Part shown: piece by piece, positions 39,701 through 53,639 of the stretch | How the letters are laid out: every line of letters begins with the position of its first letter | Numbering within the stretch: the first letter of the stretch is position 1 | Source of the DNA: Octopus sinensis | Lineage: Eukaryota | DNA length: 64,000 bases | Assembly: GCF_006345805.1 (NCBI RefSeq) | Contig: NC_043004.1 | Location: 50,220,001 to 50,284,000, forward strand | Reading direction: 5' to 3' | Program-made: the position numbers and the translations under genes | The notes under the pieces: generated by a model | Databases searched by the model: none | The model's input: the letters and a program-made list of their open reading frames with translations, nothing else | Told to the model about the DNA's origin: nothing

Positions 39701-41958
39701 AATCCTCAAAAAGGAATAATAATTTACATTTCATGATGTGGATCCTGTTGTGCTTGAAGTGGTCTTAAAGATACTACAATCTTTTGTACTTGGTATTTTA
39801 TGTTAAAAATCCTTCATTATTTATATGACCAATCATACATAAATCAATCGTAGATGCTTATGTCTAACAAGTGTTTGCTGCTTAACAATAAAGGAAAAAA
39901 AATCATAAATCCACTATCGTTTGTTTTGTTGTAATTTATGCTTTATTGTTTAATTATCTTAATGGTGGGTGTGTTCATTGTCAACACGTTTAGTATGTTC
40001 AAACATCATTTAGCATCCCAGTTCACTGTTTTCTATGTATTATTATCATTTAATGTCCGTTTTCTCTGCTGACATTGGTTGGGTAGACTGACAGGGTCCA
40101 GCAAGCCACATGGACGTGCTGAACTCCAGTGTTAGATTTGGCATGGTTACTGCAGCTGAATATCCTCCCCAACACCAATCACTTTACAGTATTTATTCAG
40201 TGCTGTTTTCATGCCACTGGTACTAGCATGGTTGTCAGGTAACTTGCGAGATATAAAGACACAGAAAAGGAAAAAAGCTCTTGCTACAAAGGGTGTGGGG
40301 GGAGGGGTGGTGGAAAGCACTTGATGCAAGGAAGTGATTTTATGCCAAGTGTTGAAAGGCTAGAGTGTGATAGAGGGACAAGCACGGGTGTCTGGCTATA
40401 GAGGGGATACTTGGATACCACATATATAGGGGTGGATATGAGTAGCTGGGAAGTAGATAAAAAATAGTTGTGATGGAGTGCCAGTGCAAACTCTCAAGAT
40501 ACAAGGTGAGAATAGGGATATGTACCACATTATTACTCACATGCATTTTATCATCAGAAGTGACATTGTTTCTGCCAGCCACTGTACAGGAAACCCATCA
40601 AAGAGAGCAATATAAATATGACCATCACTTACAAGTGAATATGATTTGATGATTATTTTATGTGTCTCTCATTGTGAATAGACATAGAGATTCTCATGGC
40701 CTTTCCTTCCTTGATTCAGTGAAACATCAAGGATGTCACAACTGAAAAGAGAGACTGCAGCCATAGCACTAGGCTGGTACTTATTTACAGCTTATCAGAC
40801 TGGAGCAATGTGGAATGAAGTGCCTTGCTGAGAAACACAACCTGGCAATAAGTTCAGGAATCAAGTTCACAATCTTATGATCATGAGCCCTACACCCAAA
40901 CTGATATGCCCGTGACTTTGAATAAAAATTGATACAGAAGAAAGCGGACGCTTGAGTTTGGATGTGCCAACAACCTCTTTAATGTTGGTGACATGGTGAA
41001 ATCTACCCAGACTATAGCTGCTAAGTGACTGGTGAAAGGCAGAGCATCCTGCTATACAGGAAACATGACATATACAAACATTAAGCAGTTTATCTCTGCT
41101 ATACTCTGTATCAGATGATGAAGGTCACAACTGGTGACAAGAAGATGTCAGATCCATTCCAAACAATGCTAGTGTGAATCAACATTTTAATGTCCTCCAT
41201 GCTTGCGTGGTCGAGACACATCAGGGTAGGAGAGTGTGCGCCCTCTGGTACCCCTTCAGGGTAGTGCCCTAGCATGACTACCATCTAAAACAAGTAGAAA
41301 ATAAAAGGTAAAAGATAAAAGAATAAAGATGAAGTGGAAAAAGTTCAGGCAACTATTGCCTATACTGACAACAAATTGATTCTCTCACAGTAATTGAATG
41401 GAAGCTTGTATGATACTTGTGTACAAAATGCCATACTGCATGGTTAAGAGACATGGACACTGAATGCAAATGCTGGGAAAGAAATAAAGTGAGCTTGCTT
41501 CACTAGATGCATAATGTCAGTGTACATAAACAGCATAGCACAGGGAGAAAAATAAGGTTTAATCCAGTGATTCTCAACCATTTTTTGCCAAGGGACCCCT
41601 TTGATTCCTACTTTACTCAGACAGACCCTCCTAGCCATTTGATGTTGAAAAAAATCATATTATATTTCTATAATTATATATCAGAATGGCGGTGCCCCAG
41701 CATGGCCACAGCTTGTGAGCTGAAACTAGGTAAAATAAAATAAAAAATCATTACTTTGTTTTTGTATCTGGTTTGCAAGGTTCTTTATGTGAATTTATGT
41801 GTTGTAACAAATTTTGTTGTATCTAGGGAGTGTCATTATGTCAATTCCATTCCTTTATTATTAGTCAATTGATAAAATATCCAACTAATTAACCGATTGT
41901 TTTGTTTTTGTTTGTCAAAGTTCTTCTAACCAATTTATTTAAGATAAGTTTTAACAAC

Positions 41959-42366
41959 AGGCACAGGAGTGGCTGTGTGGTAAGTAGCTTGCTAACCAAC
42001 CACATGGTTCCGGGTTCAGTCCCACTGCGTGGCATCTTGGGCAAGTGTCTTCTGCTATAGCCCCGGGCCGACCAATGCCTTGTGAGTGGATTTGGTAGAC
42101 AGAAACTGAAAGAAGCCTGTTGTATATATGTATATATATATGTATGCGTGTGTGGTGTTTGTGTGTCTGTGTTTGTCCCCCTAGCATTGCTTGACAGCCG
42201 ATGCTGGTGTGTTTACGTCTCCGTCACTTAGCGGTTCGGCAAACGAGACCGATAGAATAAGTACTGGGCTTCCAAAGAATAAGTCCCAGGGTTGATTTGC
42301 TCGACTAAAGGCGGTGCTCCAGCATGGCCGCAGTCAAATGACTGAAACAAGTAAAAGAGTAAAGAG
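41959..42366 (+). mobile_element. tRNA-derived SINE (family A)
   Basis: AGGCACAGGAGTGGCTGTGTGG head through AAGTAAAAGAGTAAAGAG tail. Confidence 0.9.
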
Positions 42367-42925
42367 TGACAAAATCTTATATCGACTCCCAAGGGTCATG
42401 TGGACCCTGGTTGAAAACAACTGTCCAAAGCACTTTCATACGTTTGTCCTAAATGTCTATTCTTGTTTTCAGATTTTTAGTTGGCCCTTGTTTCATATGT
42501 TCTGAAGAATATAAAGCTTTCTTTTCATAAGTCCTTAGTTACTCTGAGGGGTGAAAAATATTGCAAATAAGGTGCAGGAGTGGCTGTGTGGTAAGTAGCT
42601 TGTTTACCAACCACATGGTTCTGGGTTCAGTCCCACTGTGTGGCATCTTGGGCAAGTGTCTTCTACTATAGCCTCGGGCCGACCAAAGCCTTGTAAGTAT
42701 GGAAATAATAATTATGATAATCCTTTCTACTGGAAGGGAGAAGAGTTTAAGTCGATTACATCGACCCCAGTGCATAATTGGTACTTATTTAATCGACCCT
42801 GAAAGGCAAAGTGTGACCTCGGCAGAATTTGAACTCAGAACGTAGTGACAGGGGAAATACCACAATAATAATAATAATAATATTTTATAAAGATTGATGT
42901 AACTCTTCATAAAGTTAAATAAACA

Positions 42926-43479
42926 ATAAGAAGAGCACAATGCAATTGTAATAGATTGTTATTTTGGTTTGAACAATATTTCAACAGCTCGCCTGTCTTT
43001 CAAGAACAAAATGTAAAATGAAGAAATTCAAAAATTCAAAATTACGAACAAGGAGATCCTGCATTTCCACTTTGACAGGATGACATAATCAGTCTTCAGT
43101 TTTGCAACTGGCAAAAGGTAAAGGAAAAAAAAACGAAAAAAAAAAGAATATTTAGTTGAACAGTTTTGTGTGAATGTGATGAAATTCACCTGGAGGAATA
43201 ATTAAAACGGCAGGTGAATTTCATTTACACAAAACTGTTTCACTAGATATTCTTTCCTCCTTTTTTCTATTCTTCATTCTTTTTTCTTTCTTCATCCTTT
43301 TGCCAGTTGCAAAATTGAAGACTGATGATGTCATTCTGTCAGAGTGGGGACACAGGATCGCCTCGTTCATAATTTTGAATTTCTTTATTTTACATTTTGA
43401 ACTTGAAAAAGGGTGAGCTGTTGAAATATCATTCAAACCAATAAATAATCTATTACAATCACATCATGCTCTTGTTATA
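42926..43479. repeat. Old diverged fold-back/MITE, about 270-bp arms, 18-nt loop
   Basis: ATGAAATTCACCTG / CAGGTGAATTTCAT flank loop 43193-43210; complementarity continues outward with many mismatches. Confidence 0.8.
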
Positions 43480-44092
43480 GTCTAATAATAATAATATTCT
43501 TTTCTATTAAAGGCACAAGGCCTGAAATTTTGGGGGAGGGGACTAGTTGATTACATTGACCCTAGTGTTTCACTGGTACTTAATTTTATTGAGTCCCAAA
43601 AGGATGAAAGGCAAAGTCAACCTTGGCAGAATTTGAACTCAGAATGATTGATGACATGCCACTAAGCATTTTGCCCACCCTAATAATAATAATGATAATA
43701 ATAACAATAATAATCATGATTTCAAATTTTGGCACAAAGTCAGCGATTTCAGGGAAGGAGTAAGTCGATTGCATCGACCCCCAGTACTCAACTGGTACTT
43801 ATTTTATCAACCCCGAAACAATGAGAGGCAAAGTCAACCTTATCAGAATTTGAACTCAGAACATGAAGACAGACAAAAGACCACAAAGCATTGTGCCCGG
43901 TGTGCTAACAGTTTTGCCAGCTTGCTGCCATGATAAAGATGATGGTGAAGAAGAAGAAGAAGAAGAAGAAAGATTATGATTTATGATGAAAATAAAGATG
44001 ATGATGATTCTAATGATAGTAATAATAATAATTTATGAATGGCTTCACAAACAAAGATAATAATGCTTAAAACATTGTGCAGAATATGTACA

Positions 44093-44492
44093 TCTTTATA
44101 TATAAAAGAGAGGTTGTGTGCTGTCTGTCTCCTACGATTTAGATTCCTAACTACTCCCACATTTTGCGGTGCAGTTTAACCAAAACCGGGTATCTTATAG
44201 TCGTGATTCATATCAAGCCCTTCTGGGTATTAGCGCGCGTCTACGATGAGTCTACAATTTAAAAAAAAATTTACTATAATTTTTTCCATTTTAATGCATT
44301 TTTTCGCTATTATATAAGGGAAGTAACTCTCTAAAAATGTCTACGATGAGTCAACGATTTAAAAAAAAATTTACCATCATTTTTTTTCCATTTTTGATGT
44401 ATTTTTTTGCTATTTTTTGGCTATAACTCTCTAAAAATGCTTATATAGTTATTTCCCTTACAAACCCGAGCAACGCCAGGCGATACTGCTAG
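44093..44492 (+). mobile_element. Complete non-autonomous Helitron (400 bp)
   Basis: A|TC start at 44093; degenerate subterminal hairpin CCCGAGCAACGCCAGG; CTAG|T end at 44492; internal duplicated GTCTACGATGAGTC block. Confidence 0.85.
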
Positions 44493-45086
44493 TTTAGATA
44501 TAAAATAAGGGATGAATATTTGTAGTCTTGCATGCTTAAATAAAACCAACTCTTTCTCAGAACACTTCTTTCACCTTTATAATGGGGCAAATGTATTCCT
44601 AAATGTATACAAAAAGACAAGATGGTCATAACTGGATCGTCTTAGGTCACAGGTCTGCCCAGTCCATGTTGACCTGATGCTAAACGACAACAAAATAACA
44701 ATACTAATTGATACCATCATCATCATCATCATTATCATCATTGTCGTCGCCGTCATCATCATTTAATGTCCATTTTCCATGCTGGTTTGACAGGAACCGG
44801 CAGGGCCAGGAGTCACACTAGGTTTCATAGTTTGTTTTGTCTTGGCTTCTATGGCTGGATGCCCTTCCCAGCACCAACCACCTCACTGAGTGTAACTGGG
44901 GGCTTTTTATGAGGCACCATCGCCAGTGCTTTTTACATGGCATCAGCACCCACACCAATGCTTTTTACATGGCACCTTGGTTTTAGGATCTCGCATTAAG
45001 CAGCTTGTACTAAGTTCAACTCCTTTTGTAGATTATGGTAAAGTAACAGACAGAGGATGTAGGACTGACTAACCTATAGCCTAGAT

Positions 45087-45296
45087 CAGTGCTTTTCAAA
45101 CTTTTTGCTGGAGCAGAACCCCAAGGAAACATTCCACTGGCTCGGGGAACCCCTGTGCAATAATTTATGCACACATATCTGCACAGGAAAATTTAAAACT
45201 ACTGCCGATTTTAGCAGTTTTGTAACTAATTGCGGAACCCCTGAACTGTACTGGCGGAACACTAAGGTTACGCTGAACCCTGGTTGAAAACCACTG
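45087..45296. mobile_element. hAT-type MITE
   Basis: TIR CAGTGCTTTTCAA / TTGAAAACCACTG; exact 8-bp TSD GCCTAGAT. Confidence 0.9.
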
Positions 45297-45854
45297 GCCT
45301 AGATATACACACAGTGTTTAGTGGTGTTACAATAACCCAAAATGGTTTATGGCACTCAAAGATTACGGAATATAGCATGCATGGCCTTCCATACATGTAC
45401 TGTAAAAGATAAGGAAGATATAAGCAAAGGAGGAATGAGAAAAAGAAAGAGCCAGGTTGAGAGGGGGGGGAGAGAGAAAGAGGTAAATAATAGGTAACTA
45501 GAAAGAGGTGGGGGGGTCTATGATGTAATCTTATTTCATACAAAACATTGGGAAAAGCCTTATTTATGTGTTGTAAGTTGCTAGACCAGCAGTTTGTGTA
45601 AAAATGCGTGCGTGCATGTGTGTATGTGCGTGTATGTGTGTGTGTTGTGTGTGTGTGAGCGTATGCATGTGAGTGTGTGTGAGCATGTCTGCACTTGTGT
45701 AGTACCTGCCTTGCAAATAAATTTGGTAGACATGTGTATGTTATGTGTGTGTGTGTGCACGTGTATTTAAGTGCATAGTTGTGTCCGTGCATATGTACCT
45801 AATTTATGTGTGTATGTGTGTGCTTAGCTAGTTTATGAGTGTAATTAGTTATTT

Positions 45855-45888
<34 letters not shown>

Positions 45889-46072
45889 ATATATAAATAT
45901 ATAGATAGATAGATAGATAGATAGATAGATGTTTTCATGTGTTTGAATGTGTGTGTACCTAGCGTATATGTGTGTCTACTGATTTTGTATATGTGTGTAG
46001 TTACTTTTTATGTACATGTAGTATGTCAAGCTAGCTGGTATGTATTTGTCTTAGCAACTGGTGTGTGTGTGC

Positions 46073-46110
<38 letters not shown>

Positions 46111-46636
46111 AGTTGGCTTGAAAACTGTTATTACGTTCTCCTGTTTCACGTTTTATCTTACCCCACTTAACAAGATGTAGAAAGTTAAATTGATAGGTAG
46201 TGATTCAAACCTGCAAATACAGGAAAGCAGAGAATACTATAAATATAGACTAGTGAATTTATACACAGCCTACCTGATCAGGGTGATAGTAGAATTGTTC
46301 TTGTTACTATCTTTTACACTTCTTTTTGTCAGGTGGAGGAAGACAAAGCCCATGATCTGTCTTTACAGGGACTTCAAGACTGATGGCACATAGTAAGGGA
46401 TGAAAGTATTCTCAAACTGGGACCCTGGCTCATATGTTTGTAGCAGAGTGGATTCCACTAAAGGTATTATAGCTGTCAGATAGTGGCATTAAACTGCACT
46501 AAGAATTAAGTCTACCACCTAAATGGGTCATGGGGGTATTTGAACTCAGCACACAAAGAGCTGGATCAAATACCACGAGGCATATACATTTTTACAGTTC
46601 TGGCAATTTGCTGCTCTGGTTTGGCACTTTTTATTT

Positions 46637-46848
46637 TACTCTTTTTACTCTTTTACTTGTTTCAGTCATTTGACTGTGGCCATGCTGGAGCACCGCCTTT
46701 AGTCGAGCAAATCAAACCCAGGACTTATTCTTTGTAAGCCCAGTACATATTCTATCGGTCTCTTTGGCCGAATCGCTAAGTGACGGGGACGTAAACACAC
46801 CAGCATCGGTTGTCAAGCAATGCTTGGGAGACAAACACAGACACACAA

Positions 46849-46881
<33 letters not shown>

Positions 46882-47002
46882 CGACAGGCTTCTTTCAGTT
46901 TCCGTCTACCAAATCCACTCACAAGATGCCACGCAGTGGGACTGAACCCGGAACCATGTGGTTGGTTAGCAAGCTACTTACCACACAGCCACTCCTGCGC
47001 CT
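46637..47002 (-). mobile_element. tRNA-derived SINE (family A) with internal deletion
   Basis: Same family; the segment between two CAAG sites is missing at about 46925. Confidence 0.85.
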
Positions 47003-48048
47003 ATTTTATTTTTTTTTACTTTGAAAGGACAAAAGGCAACCTCAGTGGGATTTGAACTCAGTGTGCAGATAACCAGAATGAATGCCCTAAGTCTTCCTGT
47101 AAAGCAAATCTGCCAATTCCCTGCCTTGTAGGCCATTACAAGATTTGAAATCATAATGCAAAGAGCTAAAACAAGACATCTTGTCTGAGATTCTTTTATT
47201 TTAGGCAATTCACTGCTTCATAATGGTTTACAGTATACTTAGATTTAACAATGACCATTTGACATTGATAATCAAAGTTTGGGAAAATATTTTATGTTTA
47301 CAGCTTTCCATACTTACAGTTTGCATCTCCCATCTGGAACCCCAATCTTGTCCAGAATCTAGATCTGCTGGAAGCCATCCAAATGACTTGCAATCAGACA
47401 AACTACTTCCATTAGTCACTTACTGTATCTTGAATATATTGCTTCTCAGGATATTGATACACTAAAGTTCCAATGTAGTAGCCAACTTTGTAGAAGCACA
47501 CAAGATTATGCACCATCTTTCAAAAAACAACTTTAGCCACCTTTTTTATTCAGTATCTCTAATAGTCTGGGACATTATAATCAAAATGCAGAAGAATACC
47601 CATAACTTTTGGAAAACATTTTTTCACAATCAGAATTGTTGCAGTATGTAACAAACTATTGATATCGGTTGTTAGCTGTCAGGATACTACAACCTTCAAA
47701 AATTGCATGTTTTCTGAAATTTGCTAACATTATTCCTGATGTACCTATGAACCAGTTCCTTTCTATGGATCTTTAACTGTTTGCTTTACAGTTTTATTCA
47801 ATGTCTGAATATCATTGCAACCTTTTGTTTACTTGATTTATGGCTGCTTTCTGTTCTATTTTTATCCTTTTCTGACAAATTATGTGCACCGGAGTATTGT
47901 ATACAATAAGCTCACAAAATTGTTAGTGTGCCGGACAAAATGTTTAGTGGCATTTCTACTGGCTTTACATGCTGAATTCAAATTCCACTAAGGCCAACTT
48001 TATTTTTCATCCTTTCCGGGTTGATAAATTAAGTACCAGTGAAACACT

Positions 48049-48463
48049 TGTTGGCGTCCTTTTGTCTCGGGAGACAATGGAGTTGTGCATAAACTAATCC
48101 AGCCTGGTTTCTACATTTCATGTCCTCTCCAGTTTTGCGCAGGCCTTGGCTAGATGTAAGAAAATCCTGGGTAGCCCAATTGTCAGGATTCTTCTCTCAA
48201 CCTTGCTAACGTAGTCCAAAGGAGTGCAGAGCATTATGTTTGGTTCCAGCTTGGTTGCAGGAGCTGCCAGAAGAGTGTCAAGTTGAACACTAAACTGCCT
48301 ACGGGGCTCCACTCTGGATTTCTTTGAAGGTTGTCTCCTTTCCGTAACTTTGGATAGGGGCCCATACTGGGTACTGTCAGCTGGAGCCAGCTGAGCCTGG
48401 GACACATGTCAGGCAGGGTTGTCACTTCCTGAAGTAGTGAAGAAAATCACTACCCACTACCTA
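48049..48463. mobile_element. 415-bp insertion with 14-bp TSD inside a decayed SINE
   Basis: ACCAGTGAAACACT at 48035-48048 and 48464-48477. Confidence 0.75.
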
Positions 48464-48819
48464 ACCAGTGAAACACTAGGGTTGACATAATTGACTAGTC
48501 CCCTCCCACAAAATTTCAGGCTTGCATCTTTATTAGAAAGGTTTATTATTGAGTGAGAGAGCAGCACATGCCATCAAAGTGACACTGGGGTACAAATATA
48601 CGAAGCCCAGTATACTCATCATGACTACCTCTCTGATAAAGGTACACCAGGCACATGTATCACAACCAAATGGTGATTTCATATCAAGATAAACAGTGCA
48701 AGACCTTGCATCAGGGTATGTCCATGAGAGTCAGTATCTGGTATTGCATCATGGCATAACCATGAGAACCAGTGCCTGATATTGCATCAGGGCATCAGGA
48801 CTGTGTGTTCAAAGCTTAC

Positions 48820-49560
48820 ATTGGGTGCATCTTATGAAGTTTCTACCTACACTTTTTGTACAGATTGAGCAAGACCATCTACCTGAGGGGATTTGTGATT
48901 TGTTTACCTTTCTACTTATTATGACCTAAGGCTTTTTGATTCTAGACCTTGTTTCTATACCTGGAACTTCTTCTCTAGCTCAGGTAATGATTCAGGGGCA
49001 GCCTGTCTTGAATTCCTTTGTTATTGCTTGGAGGACTATGATGAACAAGAAGAGGCTGAGCACCAATCCTTGGTGAACCCCTATTTGTACCCTGAATTCT
49101 TCACTGTACTCGTTGCCCACCCTCACCTTACTGGTAGTGTCTCTGTACAAAACTTGTACAGCCCTCACCAACCACTCGTTTATCCCTAGTTTCTGCATTG
49201 ACCACCAGATAACAGATCGGATGACTGTCAAAAGCTTTCTCCAAGTCAACAAAAGCCAAGTACAGAGGTTTATCTTTGGTTAGGTATTTCTCCTGCAGTT
49301 GCCTTACTAGAAATATAGCATCAATGGTGCTTCTACCAGGCACAAAGCCAAACTGCATATCCTCTAGACTCTCTCCTTGATTAGCTGGGTTATGACTCTC
49401 TCCACAACTTTCATCACCTGTTCCAACAATTTGATACCTCTGTAATTATTTCTATCTAAGGCATCACCTTTACTTTTGTAGCAGTTGACTATGGTGCTTC
49501 TATAACAGTCATTGTGTATGACTCCTTCATGAACTACCTGATTTACAATACAGGTGACTA
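48820..49560 (-). pseudogene. RTE-clade reverse transcriptase fragment
   Basis: KGDALDRNNYRGIKLL...MQFGFVPGRSTIDAIF.VRQLQEKY...AFVDLEKAFD...GVHQG..LS..LF; downstream GRWSCSICTKSVGRNFIRCTQC. Confidence 0.9.
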
Positions 49561-50594
49561 GACCATAAACCTCACCGCATCTCAGCGGTGATTCCCAATG
49601 GGCCAGGGGCTTTCCCTGTCTTCATATCCTTAATTGCTTTATCTACCAGGGTACTGTCAATTCAGATATCTGGTCCCTCAGTTGGGTCAAAATTTGGCAG
49701 ACTCTCCTCCTCCCATTCCTTCTCCACATTCAGCAGTCTTTCATAATGGCATCTCCAAGCCTCTTTCTTTGCAGACTTGGGCATTGAAGAAGATCAACTA
49801 GCCACCCTTTCCCAAAGAACTTTCGGCCTAAGACCAATGAATAATTTCCCAAAATCTTTGGCCTGACAGTGCTACCAGGGAGCTTTGCCAATTCGAGACA
49901 GGCATAGAAGTGCTGTCAGCTGAGCATGTCCGAGATGGATGCAGGATGACAGGACAGTCCTGCATGCACTCGTCCATGCACTGTGGGTTTATGTTGAACA
50001 GCTGCTGTCACATGCGAGACAGATTCAACTGTCAACTGAATCCATCATGAAGTTCACCCCGCTGCCTTCCTTTAGCTGAAAAGGAAAAGTTCTGTTTATA
50101 TGCCTTGTGGCTATGGCAAAAGAGGTTGTATGGTGGACAAGATTGAAGGGGCTGAAGACAAGCACTTTTCTCATTGGCCAATCCCTAATCAACTTCTTCT
50201 ACTTTCACTTGAAAAGGAAAATAGGGGTAGACAGGAAAGTGTTGTCTTCTAACCAATTTGCTGAAAGGTGGATGAAAGTGGTGCAGGTGAACAGGCCTGC
50301 CCTGAGCATATGCCTGTAGTTGGGAAAAAAAGGAAAGGGAAAAAGGCACCTGCCCCAAAAGTCAGGGTACCCATGATTTTTTTAATGGGATTTTTCCATG
50401 AGCAGCCCTCGAACATCTCTTCCCTAATGAGGATTACACATTGTTGATTTTTAAAATTTTGTTGGTCTTGTTTACACACAAAACCTTCACAACACACACT
50501 CACACACATACACATACACACACACATTGTTTTGTCTTGGACTGTCCATAATGTTTTTTTTTTAATGTAAACCCTTGTGGTTGATAAAAAACTC

Positions 50595-51470
50595 ATTATT
50601 ATTATTATTATTATTTTCTCTTTATCACAGGTTTTGTTGGAGCTCCTGCTGACCTGTGGGTTTATGCAGGCTTCCTTCTTGCAGCCTATGGTACCATGCT
50701 ATTCATTCTTTTCAGCTACCTAATACTTTCCATGCCAAGGAGGCAAACCTTTTGTAACAGTTCTACTGGGCTTTCTGTTCTAATTTCTTGTATATTCCTC
50801 TTGATGCCTTCTGCTACCAAGGACCCAACAATAACTGACACTATCTCCACCTTCTTTATTTCCCATAGCTGAGCTATTTCGTTCTTAAGAGGGTTGTATC
50901 TATTCATCTTTTTGCCTTCCTTTTTGACTATTCATGGGTCAAAGGGGTATGCACTGTCAACTATTTAGCATATGTGGTGCACCTTGTCCACCACCACTAG
51001 GTCTGGCTTGTTATGCTCTAGCACCTGATCTGTATGGATCAGGAAATCCCAGAGGATTTTATTAGTTTCCGACTCTGCCACTCTCTGCAGTTTGTGCTCA
51101 TACCATGTCTTGCCTCTTTCTAGCCCCCACTTTCGCTACCTGGGCATGTCACCACAACCTGTAGTGGTTTTGGGTAAGTCTAGGGCATTTGTTCATAATA
51201 TGGGCAATGGTTTCATCCACTCTTTTGCAGATGCAGCACAGCAGAGACACTTGCTGGTCTCTTTTTCTAGGGTTCTTTTCATCAGCCAATCCCACTTATT
51301 TTCTCCAGCAACTTCTGTTGTGGCTACATGGAATTGATCGTGTAGTGCCTTCTTGTATAATTCTTGAATGTTGGAAGAATGGCCAACATCCCCTTGTTGA
51401 TCAGGCACCTGTGGCTTTTTCTACAAGGACCTTAAAGTACCGCCCCTATTGGGAATTTTAATTTGTTCAA
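50595..51470 (-). mobile_element. REL-endonuclease non-LTR retrotransposon (R4/Dong-like) 3' relic
   Basis: KALHDQF, CCHC knuckle CCICKRVDETIAHIMNKC (51183-51238), KILWDF..HNKPDLVVVDK, KMNRYNPLKNEIAQLW; (TAA)n tail. Confidence 0.8.
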
Positions 51471-51596
51471 TTTTAATTGTTATTTATATTGTTTACATGC
51501 GGAAAACTCATTCTATCATCCTGTTTTTGTCTTTTATGTTGTTGTATGTCTTTTAACGTTTTTGTATGTGAGCCCTTGTGGCTAATAAAAGAATGA

Positions 51597-52020
51597 ATTA
51601 TCATCATCATTATCATCATCATTATTTTCCTTTTCAGTGGTTTTATTTTTATCACATGCTTTCACTGCACTATCGAGCACCACTCTGAGTGCCTCGGATA
51701 TGTGCTGTGGTTTGTTGTGGTGTTCTTATTTTCACTCTATTGAAAATGCTTTATATCAGATGTGTGTGGTGCCTAGTAGTGCTATTTATTGTATGTTATA
51801 TACACTTGTAAGTCCTGCTGTTTTTGCTATGTATTTCTCTGAATGTTTTTCTTTTTTTTTTATCATACCTAATGCACCTACTATTATAGGAATCATTTCT
51901 GATTTTAGGCTCCACATTCGAGTTACCTCTATTTCCAGTACTTTGTATTTTGAAACTTTCTCCATTTCTTTTAGAAAAACATTGTCATCTGTTGATATTG
52001 ATACATCAATTAGAAGACAT
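51597..52020 (-). mobile_element. Second REL-type non-LTR 3' fragment
   Basis: KEMEKVSKYKVLEIEVTRMWSLKSEMIPIIVGALG...IALLGT; (TGA/TAA)n tail. Confidence 0.75.
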
Positions 52021-52208
52021 ATTATTATTATCCTTAATTATTATTATTATTTCATATTTAGAGCAATGGTTCTACAACATTACACTGCAGTGCAATGGTG
52101 CGCAGCAGATAGTATTTAAGTGCATGCAGACAGACAGACCAGCTGATTTTTCATCAGACAGACAGACATGGCTAGCTGGCTAGATTGATTGATAAATAGT
52201 CTACCAAA

Positions 52209-52600
52209 CAGGAGTGGCTGTGTGGTAAGTAGCTTGCTTACCAACCACATGGTTCCGGGTTCAGTCCCACTGCGTGGCACCTTGGGCAAGTGTCTTCTGC
52301 TATAGCCCTGGGCCGACCAATGCCTTGTGAGTGGATTTGGTAGATGGAAACTGAACGAAGCCTGTCGTATATGTGTATATATATATATGTGTGTGTGTGT
52401 GTTTGTGTGTCTGTGTTTGTCCCCTTAGCATTGCTTGACAACCGATGCTGGTGTGCTTACGTCCCCATCACTTAGCGGTGATAGACCGATAGAATAAGTA
52501 CTGGGCTTACAAAGAATAAGTCCCAGGGTCGATTTGCTCGACTAAAGGCGGTTCTCCAGCATGGCCACAGTCAAATGACTGAAACAAGCATAAGAGTAAA
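52209..52600 (+). mobile_element. tRNA-derived SINE (family A)
   Basis: Same family. Confidence 0.9.
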
Positions 52601-53438
52601 CTGATAGATTATGGTCAGATATTTAGGTTGGCAGGAGGCAGACTGACAGATAGACAAATAAGTCAATGCTCACATATCTAATACATCTTTAACACATAAA
52701 GTATTAGAAAGCTAACAAGAAATAGTTGATTAGACAGACAGACAGACAGATAGATAGACTGGAGTCTAGTGCAGCCCCTCAGCTTACCAGCCCTGGTCAA
52801 ACTGTCAAACCCATGCCACTGGCAACAATGGATGTTAAACGATGATGGTGATGATGATGACGACGATGATCGATGGATGGATGGTCAGACAGACAAACAG
52901 GCAGAGATAGATAGATAGATAGATAGACAGACAAACAGATAGACAGACATGCAGGCAGGCAGACAGGCAGGCAGATATCTAGACAAACAGAGAGACAGAC
53001 AGACAGACAGACAGGCTGACTGATGGGTAGTCAGGCAGACAGACTGTTAGATAGACAGGTAAGTAAGTGTTAACATATTTAATACAGCAGAGCATTAGAA
53101 AGCTAATTAGTAATAAATATGTGGATAAATTGATAAACTGCCTGTTGTGGATGTTAATATACTTAATGCTGGGAGCCAAAAATGAAAAATAATAATATTT
53201 ACACCTAATGGAATATTTTCCCAACCATCTGGAACAGTGCTGCTGCTATGCACGCACACACAGATCATGGACCACATTCACAGAAGAGCTACTCAACTAA
53301 TTACAGTTCAATGTGAAACAGACATTAAATAGTCTACAGGTTTGCTGCTTCACCTCATTGTCATTTTTATCACTACTATAATGGCCTCCTCCATTCCTCA
53401 GAGCTAAAGGGCTGGTCTTGTACTTTTATCATTTAGAC

Positions 53439-53639
53439 CAGTGCTTTTCAAACTTTTTGCTGGAGCGGAACCCCAAGGAAACACTCCACTGGCTCGAGGA
53501 ACTCCTGTGCAATAATTTAATAGTCTTATGCATACATATCTGCACAGGAGAATTAAAAATTACTGCCGATTTTAACAGTTTTGTAACTTCTTGCGGAACC
53601 CCTGGACTGTACTGGCGGAACCCTGGTTGAAAACCACTG
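53439..53639. mobile_element. hAT-type MITE (second copy)
   Basis: Same TIRs and body as 45087-45296; TSD ATTTAGAC/ATTTAGAT (7 of 8 match). Confidence 0.9.
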
